A stretch of 63,833 nt of DNA, filler included, from Welwitschia mirabilis (Eukaryota), in the NCBI GenBank assembly GCA_051453625.1. It is 4 parts of one record of this genome, joined end to end, with 100 filler letters (N's around TTAATTAATTAA, not from the genome) between each part and the next. Parts side by side here need not be neighbours in the genome. Positions count along the whole stretch, not along the records: positions 47,456 to 61,333 come from JBOZIK010000001.1; positions 61,434 to 63,833 come from JBOZIK010000001.1; 2 more parts are not named here. One strand, given 5' to 3'. This document shows, in pieces, positions 53,101 to 63,833 of the stretch. The notes under the pieces are model-generated. The model saw only the letters and a program-made list of their open reading frames with translations, searched no databases and was not told where the DNA came from. Each line of letters begins with the position of its first letter. Position 1 is the first letter of the stretch. A program made the translations under genes and the position numbers.

Positions 53101-55560
53101 ATGTGCATTAATTTTTAAAAACTTAATGAAGTCATTAAAAATAATAATTAATCTTTACCATTTCTTAATCAAGTACTTAATAGAATCCAAGGTTATGCCT
53201 ACTATTTATTTTCTTGATGGGTATAGTGGCTATAATCAAATTTGTATAGCAAGTGAATACTAGGCTAAAAACACTTTTACCTCAACTTTGCAACATTTTT
53301 TCTAAATGAATTCCCTTTAAACTTTACAATGCCCTTGGAACCTTTTAACAAGCCATGATCGGGATCTTTTTTAATATGATTGAACATTCTATTCAAATTT
53401 TTATGGATAACTTCTCAATCTTTAGTAATACCTTTGAAAAAAATATAGAGAGATTAGAAAACATGCTAAATCAATGTATTGAGAATGGCTTACATTTAAG
53501 TTGAAAAAAGATTTTTCTTCTTGTCAAACATGGAATTGTTTTAGGTCATCACATTTTAAAATAAGGGATTAGGATCGACTCCACCATTAAAAACCTTAGC
53601 CCTCTAACTAATATCAAACAAGTTAGATCATTCCTTGGTCATGTTGGTTTTTATTGATAATTCATTCATGATGATGCTAGAATTTATAAACCTCTCCACT
53701 CCTTACTTGAAAAAGATGTTAAATTCAAGTGAAATTATTCATGCCAACTTGCTTTTAAAACTTTCAAAAAAAACATTTCTTTTAAATCTGTTATCACAAG
53801 TTCTGATTGAAGTATGTGTAATGCAAGTAACATTACTGTAGGGGGAGTTCTTAAATAAAAATATAAAAAAGGTTTTAAAGCCATAACCTATCTTAGTAAA
53901 ACTTTTTCCCCAACCTAATCTAACTACACTACTACTGAGAAAAAAATTCTTGCCATTATCATTTGCTTAAATCATTTTTGTCATTATCTTCTTGGCTATT
54001 ACATAAAAGTTTACATAGATCATGTAGCCATCTGCTATCTTATGACTAAAAAAGAATCTAGTATTAGACTTATTAGGGGGATTCCTCTCATGTAATAATT
54101 TAATATTACCATCATTGATAAAGTTGAAAGACATAAAAGTGTTGTTGATCATCTATCTCGACTTTCTTGCTATCATGATGAACTTCCAATTAATGACTCT
54201 TTTCTAGATGAATAGCTCTTTGCAATTAAGCAACTTTATGCTATCTCTTATATTCATCCTGCTTCTTGGTATACTAATATTTTAAACTATCTTATTACTA
54301 TGAAAACTCCTCAACATTGGAAACATAACCAATGTAAATCTTTTCTTCATAGGATCAATGACTATGAGTGGAATGAACTCCATCTTTATCCATGTTGTAA
54401 AGATTAAATCATGCGTAAGTGTGTACCTAAGTGGGAAATCTTAAAAATCCTACAACTTTGCCATGATGGGATATGTGGGAAACACTTTATGGCTAAAAGA
54501 CCATCATGAAAATTCTTTATTATGGTTTTTATTGACCTATCTTTTTCAAGGATTCATTTGACTTTTCTAGAAGGTGTGATGCATGTTAGCGTTATGGTAG
54601 CTTAACTCATTTTCAAGATATGTCCCTCAAACCTATACTTGAATGTGAACCTTTTTATTGTTAGGGACTTGACTTTGTAGGCCCAAATACACTACCTTCT
54701 TATGACAAAAATTATATCCTTGTATCTATTAATTAAGTGGGTAGAAGCTGTTTCTACTACTAAAAATAATGCCCAAACTGTTTGCAACTTTGTTCAAACT
54801 TATATCTTTTAATGTTTTGGTTTTCCACGAATTATCATTAGTGATCACAGAACTCATTTCATTAACCACCTTTTCTGAAAACTTCTTTTATACATTTGTA
54901 TTGAACATAGAATTGCATGTGCTTATCACCCTCAAACTAATGATTAAGTTGAAAACATAGATAAGGAAATTAAAAATAAGCTCCAAAAATTAGTATTTAT
55001 CAATAGGAAAGCATGGTCCTCCAAACTTAGTGATGTTCTTGGGGTGTACTGTACTACTTGGCGTAACTCTCTAGGTTTCTCACCATATGAAATTATGTAC
55101 GAAAAAGTTGTGTTTTGCCAGTTGATGTTTGCTATAAATCTTATTAATCCATCCATTAACTTAACCTTATAGACTTGGATGAAAATCTTAGAACTCGATT
55201 ATCCCAACTTGACCATTTAGATTAAAAATGTACTCATGCTTTACATCATCAACTCATTCATAAAGCTCAAATCAAGTTCAGATATGATAACAAGATTATT
55301 CATAAGCAATTTGAACTTGATCAACTTGTTCTTTTATATAACACCTGAGTACATCTTTTACACAACAAGTTAACTTATAAATGGTTAGGTCTTTAGCTTA
55401 TAGAAAAAGTATATTCAAATGGCTCAATTGAAATCTCCAATCTAAACACTAGCGAAATTCAAAAAGTTAATGGACAAAGGTTAAAAATTTATGAGTTATC
55501 TTCTGACGAAACCTTGAACATGATAGAAGCACTTAGTTTGAAAGCCTTTCTTAATGAGGA
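50169..55560 (+). pseudogene. gag-pol pseudogene
   Basis: gag PSF..EPEEDPFQHL (50169-50657), protease ALINIGASIN (about 52110), EWVSPL (about 53050), FMDNF (about 53400), RNase H at 53810-54160, integrase CHDGICGKH..CDAC and GLDFVGP (54460-54690). Confidence 0.95.
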
Positions 55561-56169
55561 GGACCTTCTTTTTACCATTTTCAATTCCTTCTTAACTCAT
55601 TCCTTAGGTAAACATCATGTTATCACTTGAATATCTCTAACTTAACTTATGTATTTACTTTATAGAGTTTTTATGATTAGTAATATTTTACTTGGGCATT
55701 TTATATGATAAGATTGATTTCATCCAATCTTCAGACATTCATATGTCTATGAAATTTATTTTTGGAGGAAGATGTCTTGGTTCTTTTGTTCTCTTTCAAT
55801 GGTATGAGTAATTAGTTATTTTTTCATGTTCTTACTTCTTTACTCATCTCATTAGTTCTCTTTTATCCTTACAAATATTTGGTCATGTGGAATGTTACTC
55901 CAAAAAAAAAAAAGAAAGAAAGAAAGGAAAAAGAAAGAAGAAGAAGAATAAAAAGCAATAACGACCATGCTCTTTCATGTTATATCTCCAAACATGGTCA
56001 TCATGATGTCCTACCACAAGTGCATTAAGGTAAATATTCCCAAGAAGGGACTTTGATAGTGTGATATAGTTACTGTAGGAGCTCCACTAGGGGGCTAATT
56101 GGCCATGTTGTGTATGTAATTACTTCTCTAGTAGTTGTTGCACGTCCCTCATCATGGAAAAATAAATTG

Positions 56170-57260
56170 AATTTCAAGGCTACAAGATCAGTGATATCCT
56201 TGGTGTCATAAGAGGCATTGCTTATTTTCTAAACACATTTTTTTTTTAATTTCTAGTACTTCCACATGATAACTCTACTTTTTGGATTCTCATGTTATTT
56301 TGTTATGGTAACCTATAAGTTCCTGTCTTAAATAAGTTTTTATCTTATCATCCATTGTTTAATAACATTAGACACACTTGACATTATCATGATCATTACC
56401 TAATTGAGTGATAATTTATAATTTCTATATACTATTATGCATATTTCATCAAGTGATTTTATGATTATTACCAAGTAAATTTATTAGGTTAGTATTTATG
56501 GTAGAAAAAAATCTTCTTCATGTTTATAGTTGTCCATTTTCATTTTTATTTTTCTTTAGTTATTTAGTTGGATTTTTTTAAAGTCATTTTCCATACTTTT
56601 TCAACATCATATTATGGATCTAATCATTTTCTAATTCCTTGTTGATATTTATCCATAATTTATCTAGAGGATAATTNNNNNNNNNNNNNNNNNNNNNNNN
56701 NNNNNNNNNNNNNNNNNNNNNNNNNNNNNNNNNNNNNNNNNNNNNNNNNNNNNNNNNNNNNNNNNNNNNNNNNNNNAAATTGTATTTCGAGGTTATAAGA
56801 TCAATGATGTTCCTGATGTTATCAGAGGCATTGCTTATTCTCTAGACTTATTTCATTTATTTATTTATAGTACTTCCACATGGCCACTCTACTTTTTTGG
56901 ATGCTAGTGTTATTTTGATATGATAGCTTATAAGCTCCTATTTTAACAACTTTTTATCTTATCATTCATTGTTTGATAACATTAGACATATTTGACATTG
57001 TCGTAATCATTGCCTATTTGTTGTTATGCATCTTTTATCAAGGTATTTTATTATAGTTGTCAAGGGAATTTGTTAGGTTAGAATTTAGGGTAAGCAAGTA
57101 ATCTTTTTTATGTTTGTAGTTATCCTTTTCATTTTGTCCTTTTTTGTTCGTTTTATTAAATTTTTCAAAATCATTTCTCATACTTTTTCAGCATAATATT
57201 GTGGATCTAATCATTTCCTACTTTCTTATTGATGTGTTTTCCTAGTTTCTATAAAGGATT
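56170..57260 (+). repeat. Diverged direct repeat (~480 bp) on either side of gap 56678-56776
   Basis: AAGATCA(G/A)TGAT..AGAGGCATTGCTTATT..TAGTACTTCCACATG..GGATCTAATCATTT occurs twice. Confidence 0.85.
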
Positions 57261-58908
57261 GTTATTCTCTTTTTGATAGGTTCCTATGATTTAATGAGTT
57301 ATAGTTCTTATTCTTCCATGAGTTCGAGCACATTTGCGGAGTCTTTCAGCATTGCTTCTTTTTACTTAGTGCATTTTCTTCTATTTTCACATTTTCCTTC
57401 ACAAGTCCCTCTCCACCATGGACATGTTTGTCAAGCTATTTCTTTACTTTCTACGTTCTTTCTACTTTTTCTACTGTTTTTCATGTATTTTCTTGATTTC
57501 AAAATTTTTTTGGTTTGTCTTTTCTCTTCAAATATCTTATTTGATCACTGTCATCCCACTCTATCATCCCCACGACAATCGGACAACATTCATCCTTTCC
57601 TTTTGATGTAATTTGAGATATTTTGCTTCATCTATGGGGGGTATAGAACACCTTTTTGGGCTTTCTTTTGTAATTTTGAGCATAAATTTTAAATTTAAAA
57701 GGATCATATTTTGAGCTTTCATGTTACATATATATGATGATTTTTTTGGATTAGATTTCATATTAATTGAATAAAATTCATGGAATTTATCTTATAGGAG
57801 TATAGTAGCACTCTCATAGAGTTTTCTTTTAGTTACGATTTAGGTCATCTAAAAGAATGCTATACCTACTCTTGTCCTTAGNNNNNNNNNNNNNNNNNNN
57901 NNNNNNNNNNNNNNNNNNNNNNNNNNNNNNNNNNNNNNNNNNNNNNNNNNNNNNNNNNNNNNNNNNNNNNNNNNNNNNNNNNNNNNNNNNNNNNNNNNNN
58001 NNNNNNNNNNNNNNNNNNNNNNNNNNNNNNNNNNNNNNNNNNNNNNNNNNNNNNNNNNNNNNNNNNNNNNNNNNNNNNNNNNNNNNNNNNNNNNNNNNNN
58101 NNNNNNNNNNNNNNNNNNNNNNNNNNNNNNNNNNNNNNNNNNNNNNNNNNNNNNNNNNNNNNNNNNNNNNNNNNNNNNNNNNNNNNNNNNNNNNNNNNNN
58201 NNNNNNNNNNNNNNNNNNNNNNNNNNNNNNNNNNNNNNNNNNNNNNNNNNNNNNNNNNNNNNNNNNNNNNNNNNNNNNNNNNNNNNNNNNNNNNNNNNNN
58301 NNNNNNNNNNNNNNNNNNNNNNNNNNNNNNNNNNNNNNNNNNNNNNNNNNNNNNNNNNNNNNNNNNNNNNNNNNNNNNNNNNNNNNNNNNNNNNNNNNNN
58401 NNNNNNNNNNNNNNNNNNNNNNNNNNNNNNNNNNNNNNNNNNNNNNNNNNNNNNNNNNNNNNNNNNNNNNNNNNNNNNNNNNNNNNNNNNNNNNNNNNNN
58501 NNNNNNNNNNNNNNNNNNNNNNNNNNNNNNNNNNNNNNNNNNNNNNNNNNNNNNNNNNNNNNNNNNNNNNNNNNNNNNNNNNNGAACTACTTAAGTTTGT
58601 CACATCAGTCCATTATCACTGTTTTGTATTATGCATACACATTATCATTTTCTGAGCTATTAATGTTATATTTTATGATTTTTGTATGTGTATGATATTC
58701 ATCCTATCTATAGTAACATGATTAAGTAGGGGGCTTAGGAATATTTCAGCATTTGTATTAGTTAATTAGTTTTTGATATCTATTCCTACATGATTAAATT
58801 AAACTCAATTTACATTTTTTTTAAGAATGTTTTATTTTAGCCAAATTGGCTCATAATATAGTTGATTGCTCACTTTATCAGGGACTAATAAAGCTAAGTA
58901 GGGGCCTA

Positions 58909-59517
58909 TGTTGCGATGCCAATGTGTAGGAATTTGATGATATATTTTGAGTGCTTTTACAGGATATTTATATAGGTTTGGATGCAATACCGATGATTAT
59001 GGAGAACTAATACGATGATCATTAACACATGCAATTCTTAGCATATTTGGAGGTTTCTCAGGCTTATTATGATACAACATTCTTTGGAAGAAGGGTTCAC
59101 CATGAAAAAGACTGATTTACCTTTGAGATTAGAAATAAAGAAGCTTGTCATTACCACGATAGGTAGGACGATAATACTGCTGACGTGGGGTTAACAATGG
59201 GCCTTGAAGCTGATGGAGTACCTTTTAACGTAGAGTGACATCCCCTCTATTGTACTCACGATAGTCAAAACGATAACTATTTTTCTATGGTCAGAAAGAA
59301 TTATCTTTGTAATGGGGTCACACTACCCATTTGAGCTGTTAGGGTTTCTTTTCTGACTTCTAGGGTTGAGCTTCTAGAACTTCAATGTAAAACTATAAAT
59401 ACCCTTCCCCTCCTTCATTTCTGTTGCTATATTATGTAGCCAATATGCTTGTGAGGGAAGATTGAAAGACAAGAGGTCCATCTAATAGCTACAAAGAGGA
59501 TTTCCCTTAGTATTAGG
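58909..59517 (+). repeat. 3' LTR, 5' half (truncated by gap)
   Basis: Follows AGGGACTAATAAAGCTAAGTAGGGGCCTA; begins TGTTGCGATGCCAA; CTATAAATAC at about 59393. Confidence 0.85.
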
Positions 59518-59637
59518 NNNNNNNNNNNNNNNNNNNNNNNNNNNNNNNNNNNNNNNNNNNNNNNNNNNNNNNNNNNNNNNNNNNNNNNNNNNNNNNNNNN
59601 NNNNNNNNNNNNNNNNNTGGGAGTCAAGAGTTGCAAT

Positions 59638-59787
59638 ATTGGCTATTGAGGATGACTTGTGTCCTTTTCATTCTAATAGAGAGCACTGCATTGCTTCCGT
59701 GGTTTTTCCCCGCATTGGGTTTTTCCATGTAAATCTGGTGTGTTGATGTTTGCTTTTTGCTTTTGCTCTGCTGCATTTTTTCTAACA
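59638..59787 (+). repeat. 3' end of a copia-type LTR abutting the LINE
   Basis: CCGTGGTTTTT..GGGTTTTTCCATGTAAATCTGGTGTG..CTAACA is typical of Tnt1/Tork-like LTR ends. Confidence 0.65.
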
Positions 59788-61333
59788 CAAACAAGGCTCA
59801 AGTGTTTTCCATTAATTTTCGTCTTCAGCTTCTCGGCAAAGAATAGCGGAGGGTTGAGTCTTCTTCCTTCCCTCAAAGTGAGTAAGAAATTGAAGTAGAG
59901 CCCTCTGAGTTTGGAGTGATTCCCATCTTGAATGATAAACCTGTCTAGGAACTTCGTTGCCAGGGCCCAAATCTTCTTTAGCTTTGCTTTTCGGATGTGT
60001 CCTTTTGCGTTTTTAGGTGCCCTATGCCCAAAAAAGCGATCAGCATCCGATGCCCATAGAAAGAAGGGAGCATCAAATCTCCCTCTTTCGTCAGGCTTGT
60101 GGTCCATACAGTTAAATTCGAGGTCACCAAAATCCTCCTTTTTGCTACCATGAGTTTCCCCTTCACAACTGCCTTGGCTGTATTCAAACTCGAGTTGCTC
60201 TGTAACTCGACCATACCCTCCCATTCCACATGTTGTATCCAATGCCAAAGCTCCTCATTGCTTCTAAATTTTGTACTGGCTGTAGGTTTATAGCGGGGGT
60301 GCTTCCTCATCCTCTTTATCACCCAATGAGCTTCTGTCTTCCTTAGGATGAGGAATGTCATTTCTCGTGCGCTTGGTACCACCCCAAAAAAGATGCGGTT
60401 ATTTCGGGCCCTCCACATGAACCAAAGCACAACTTTCTAGCCTTTATGAGTTGCGAGAAGAATTCTTTCCTAGGTGGCCTTCTTGTCCATTGCCCTCCAC
60501 CCCTCAGTCATAAAGGGGCAGTCCCAAAATAGATGTTGCGCCGCTTCTGCTCCTCCACATGCCAGACATTTCTTCAGAACTCTTCCACTGCTGTGCCTTA
60601 ACCTTACTACCGTTGGTAGTTTGTTCTTCTGAATTAGCCATTTGAGAACTATGTACTTGCCCGCGAGTCCTTTTTTCTAGGTGTCTGCCATGATTTTATT
60701 ACTACTGTACTTCTTAATTAATATTGCCTTTGTAGAAATCCTCCGAACATCAATTAGACGACAATCTTTTTTGTTAGGCGCTATATTCACTCCTTGAAAA
60801 ATTTTCATTAGAGTATTATTGCCTTTTTCGTTTTCTTGGTTCTCCCCTGATAGCTCATTGATAGATTTCAATAATTTCTAAGTTTTCTCCTTGCTAACAT
60901 TTCTAGTTCCCCTCTTGTCCTTCTTAGCTCTGGGAAGTCTAACGTGGTCTCACCATTGATGAAACTGGAGTGCCAAAAGGGGATATTCCCTTTGCTGCTT
61001 GACTGGGTAGAGATTTTCTCCAAATTTTCTCTTCCTTTGCAAAGAGCCTTTCAGAAGGGGGAACCTCCTCGGCTCCTAGTTCTTATACTTCCTCTTCAGC
61101 AGGTTTTTCCATAACAAAGATCCCCCCACTTCTAGATTGGTAATAATCTTGACCACGACGAAAAAAAGATACTCTTTTAGGTCTTGGACCCCTCCATCCT
61201 GCTACTTCCACCGACTTAGCTATTTCTTCCGATGCCACTGCATGAAACCTTGTCCCTCCCCTTCCTTCCGCCTAAATGAAATTTTTAACCCGACGATTTA
61301 GAATATTTTTTTACCTTCTCTGGCAAGACACCA
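59788..61333 (-). mobile_element. L1-type LINE ORF2 C-terminal part (zf-RVT) plus downstream accessory domain
   Basis: KYIVLKWLIQKNKLPT (60660-60612), CLACGGAEAAQHLFWDCP (60570-60516), LWFMWRARNNRIF (60430); visibly GC-richer and less decayed than the neighbours. Confidence 0.85.
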
Positions 61334-61433
61334 NNNNNNNNNNNNNNNNNNNNNNNNNNNNNNNNNNNNNNNNNNNNTTAATTAATTAANNNNNNNNNNN
61401 NNNNNNNNNNNNNNNNNNNNNNNNNNNNNNNNN
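61334..61433. other. Artificial scaffold linker
   Basis: N44-TTAATTAATTAA-N44. Confidence 0.97.
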
Positions 61434-61755
61434 CTATTACTTCCCGTCCGTAAATTCTACTGTAAATGAGCCAAGAAGTAGAATCAAACCGACCATTACA
61501 GTAAAATAAATGTACCATTTTGGCTGAAGCTCTGGTATCAGGATCCAAGGCATTCATCCAGCCTTGTTCCTCAAATTTGTGTACAATTTTCATCTCTCTT
61601 TTGAAAGATTGGTAGTCAATCTGCCTCTCAGGAGCTATGGGTCTTTTGTCTAGACCCTCAAACCATGTTTTCTGTGCTGCAGGAGTAACAAACCAGTCTT
61701 CTTTAGAGGCTGGTTTCTTTCCTTTGCGAGAAACTCCAATCTTTGTTCTGACCAT
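61434..61755 (-). CDS. Sirevirus extra ('env-like') ORF downstream of pol, 3'-truncated by scaffold end
   Basis: Open frame from ATG at 61755: MVRTKIGVSRKGKK..KRPIAPERQID..FEEQGW..MVHLFYCN..IYSRIYGREV; same strand as pol, about 300 bp after its stop. Confidence 0.75.
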
Positions 61756-62061
61756 GACTGAAGCAGAGGAGAGCAAGAGGAGCTAGAAAGAAAAGTGACA
61801 AAATGAGGAAAGAGGTTGAAAATGGCAAATAAAAAGAGGTGAGAAAGCGCGGGCATCTGCATCGCCTTTCGCTCGGACGTCTGGGTTAAAAATATGGGAC
61901 ATCCAAGTATTTTAAAAAGATGACGTCTGGAAAATAAATGGGACGTCCGGACTCGGATGGAATAAAATTTATTGAAGAAAAACAAGTTTAGCACAAGGAA
62001 AAAAATTCTCTTCCCAGATAATAACAAATTTTTTGACTGGGAAATAATTATAACAAAGAAT

Positions 62062-63833
62062 TCATGCCTGAGAGGGATAGGACCATATCCCTAAATTCTT
62101 TCTTAGAAAGATGAATCGTTCTTCATTTAGTGCCTTTATCATAATATCTGTAAGCTGATGATTAGTATCAATGTAATTTAATTCAAAAATACCATTTTGA
62201 ACCTGTTCTCTGATAAAGTGATGTCTGATGTCAATATGTTGTATGTGAGAGTGTTGAACTAGATTCTTGATAATGTTTATCGCACTTGTGTTGTCACAGT
62301 ACATCTTGATGGTAGGAATTTCTACACCAAAATCAATGAGCATTTGCTTAATCCAAATGAGTTGAGCACAACAGGCTCCAGCCGCAATATACTCGGCCTC
62401 AGCAGTGGATAAGGATGTGTTTTGTTTTTTGCTTAACCACGATACTAGACAATTTCCCATATAGAAACATGCTCCACTGGTGCTTTTGCGATCATCAATA
62501 CAACCTGCCCAATCTGCATCACTATATCCAACAAATCAAGTGAAGTATCGTATGAATACCATAAACCAAAATTTTGAGTGTACTTTAGATATTTTAAAAT
62601 TACGTTTTACACATAGGTAATGGGATTCCATTGGGTCAGATTGGTATCTGGCACACACACCTACACTATGAGCTATATGAGGTCAACTTGCAGTGACATA
62701 AAGCAAACTTTCAATAATGCCTTTAAATAATTTTTAATCAACCTTCTTACCGCTTTCATCTTTACTAACCTTAACATTCGTAGAATAAGGTGTACAAGAA
62801 TCTTTTCCATCAATCATTCCGTATTTCTTAAGAATGTCTTGAATGTACTTAGTTTGACTAATGAAGATTCCATTTTTTGATTGTTTAATTTGCAAACCAA
62901 GAAAGAAATTCAACTCTCCAACCATGCTCATCTCAAATTCAGTTTGCATAAGCTTGGCAAAGTTTGTTGCTAAACAAAGTTTGGTAGAACCGAATACTAT
63001 ATCATCAACGTAAACTTGAACTATTAAAATATCTTTTTGCTCATGTTTTATAAATAAGGTAGGATCAGCTTTGCCTTTTGAGGAACCATTGGATATGAGA
63101 AATGAATTAACCTATCAAACCATGCTCTAGGCGCTTGCTTCAAACCATATAAAGCTTTAGGAAATTTTGGATCTGTAAAACCAGGTGGCTGAGCTACATA
63201 AACTTCTTCATTTATAATACCATTCAAAAAAGCACTTTTCACATCCATTCGAAACAGTATGATTTTATGAAAGCAAGCAAAAGCTAAAAGCATGCGAATA
63301 GCCTTTAACTTGGCAACGAGAGCAAAGGTTTTGCCATAGTCTATATCTTCCTGTTGACTGTAGTCTTGAGCGACTAATCTTGCCTTATTCTGAATGATAT
63401 TATGATTTTCATCCTTTTTATTTTTGAACACCTACTTTGTTCCAATATCATGCTTTCCTTGAGGGGGAGAGACAAGGTTCCAAACTTTGTTCCTCTGAAA
63501 TTGATGAAGTTCATTTTGCATGGCTAACATCTATGCTTGATCCTTTTCTGCTTCCTGAAAATTTTTTGGTTCAAAGGATGAAAGAAAACATAGAAAACTT
63601 GGACTAATATACTTACCACTTCTTGTTGTAGTCCCTTGGTTTGGATTACTTACTACCAATTCCATTGGATGATCACGTCTGGTTATTTGTGGTAGTGAAT
63701 GAAAATTTTGACCTTATTTAAAAGATTGATTGGAACTTGTAGAGGGAATACCTATGTCGGAAGGAGAAGCATTATATTCATTCAAAGAAATATTTGGAAT
63801 AAAATCTACATCATCATCTTTGTTTATGCTGTT
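62062..63833 (-). pseudogene. Sirevirus-type Ty1/copia pol (INT-RT linker, RT, RNase H) with frameshifts
   Basis: NKARLVAQ.YSQQE.IDY, MDVKSAFLNG, LYGLKQAPRAW, VYVDDIVFGST, FEMSMVGELNFFLGLQIKQ, SLSTAEAEY, CDNTSAI, HIDIRHHFIR. Confidence 0.95.

Larger units (their letters stand above)
48217..59517 (+). mobile_element. Near full-length Athila-like element (possibly composite across gaps)
   Basis: 5' LTR 48217-49560, PBS 49564-49581, gag-pol, long 3' region, PPT 58890-58908, 3' LTR from 58909 to the gap. Confidence 0.85.

Noticed and set aside
57273-57761. Hydrophobic F/L-rich ORFs (also 6561, 20892, 36281, 36983, 39428) as membrane or envelope proteins
   Set aside because: Chance frames in T-rich LTR/UTR sequence; not conserved in frame between family copies.
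820-58603. Long ORFs composed mostly of X (e.g. 820-1329, 3451-4302, 13835-14522, 16597-17458, 57857-58603)
   Set aside because: They are open only because they run through N gaps.
59673-60248. 191-aa ORF as a stand-alone gene
   Set aside because: Appears chimeric: the C-terminus reads into the copia LTR (below 59788) and the N-terminus overlaps the better frame 59978-60430; only the middle is treated as coding.
61650-62027. 125-aa ORF between pol and the extra ORF
   Set aside because: Spans the non-coding repeat spacer and overlaps the MVRTK ORF out of frame; no motifs.

Overview
Plant nuclear, gene-free, AT-rich retrotransposon graveyard from a gappy draft assembly. Three artificial 100-bp linkers (44 N + TTAATTAATTAA + 44 N) split the window into four separately assembled scaffolds: 1-21499, 21600-47355, 47456-61333 and 61434-63833. 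Adjacency across the linkers is not biological. Most sequence is a decayed Athila-like Ty3/gypsy family (at least 5 large copies with tRNA-Asp PBS, TGTTG...CAACA LTRs and gag-PR-RT-RH-INT). Also present are Ty1/copia remnants, including a Sirevirus-type 3' LTR and a younger Sirevirus-type pol with a downstream extra ORF, and two L1-type LINE remnants. No intact host gene, RNA gene or CRISPR array is supportable. Decay is dominated by C>T/G>A transitions. The most notable signal is that three different retroelement classes (Athila gypsy, Sirevirus copia and an L1 LINE) each carry a sense-strand accessory ORF 3' of RT with similar-looking motifs. The gypsy one ends in a heptad coiled coil and sits behind conserved splice signals, the copia one starts with a histone-H3-like MVRTK, and the LINE one is in frame with the zf-RVT region. 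All protein assignments come from manual translation and motif recognition; no searches were run, and many boundaries are approximate.
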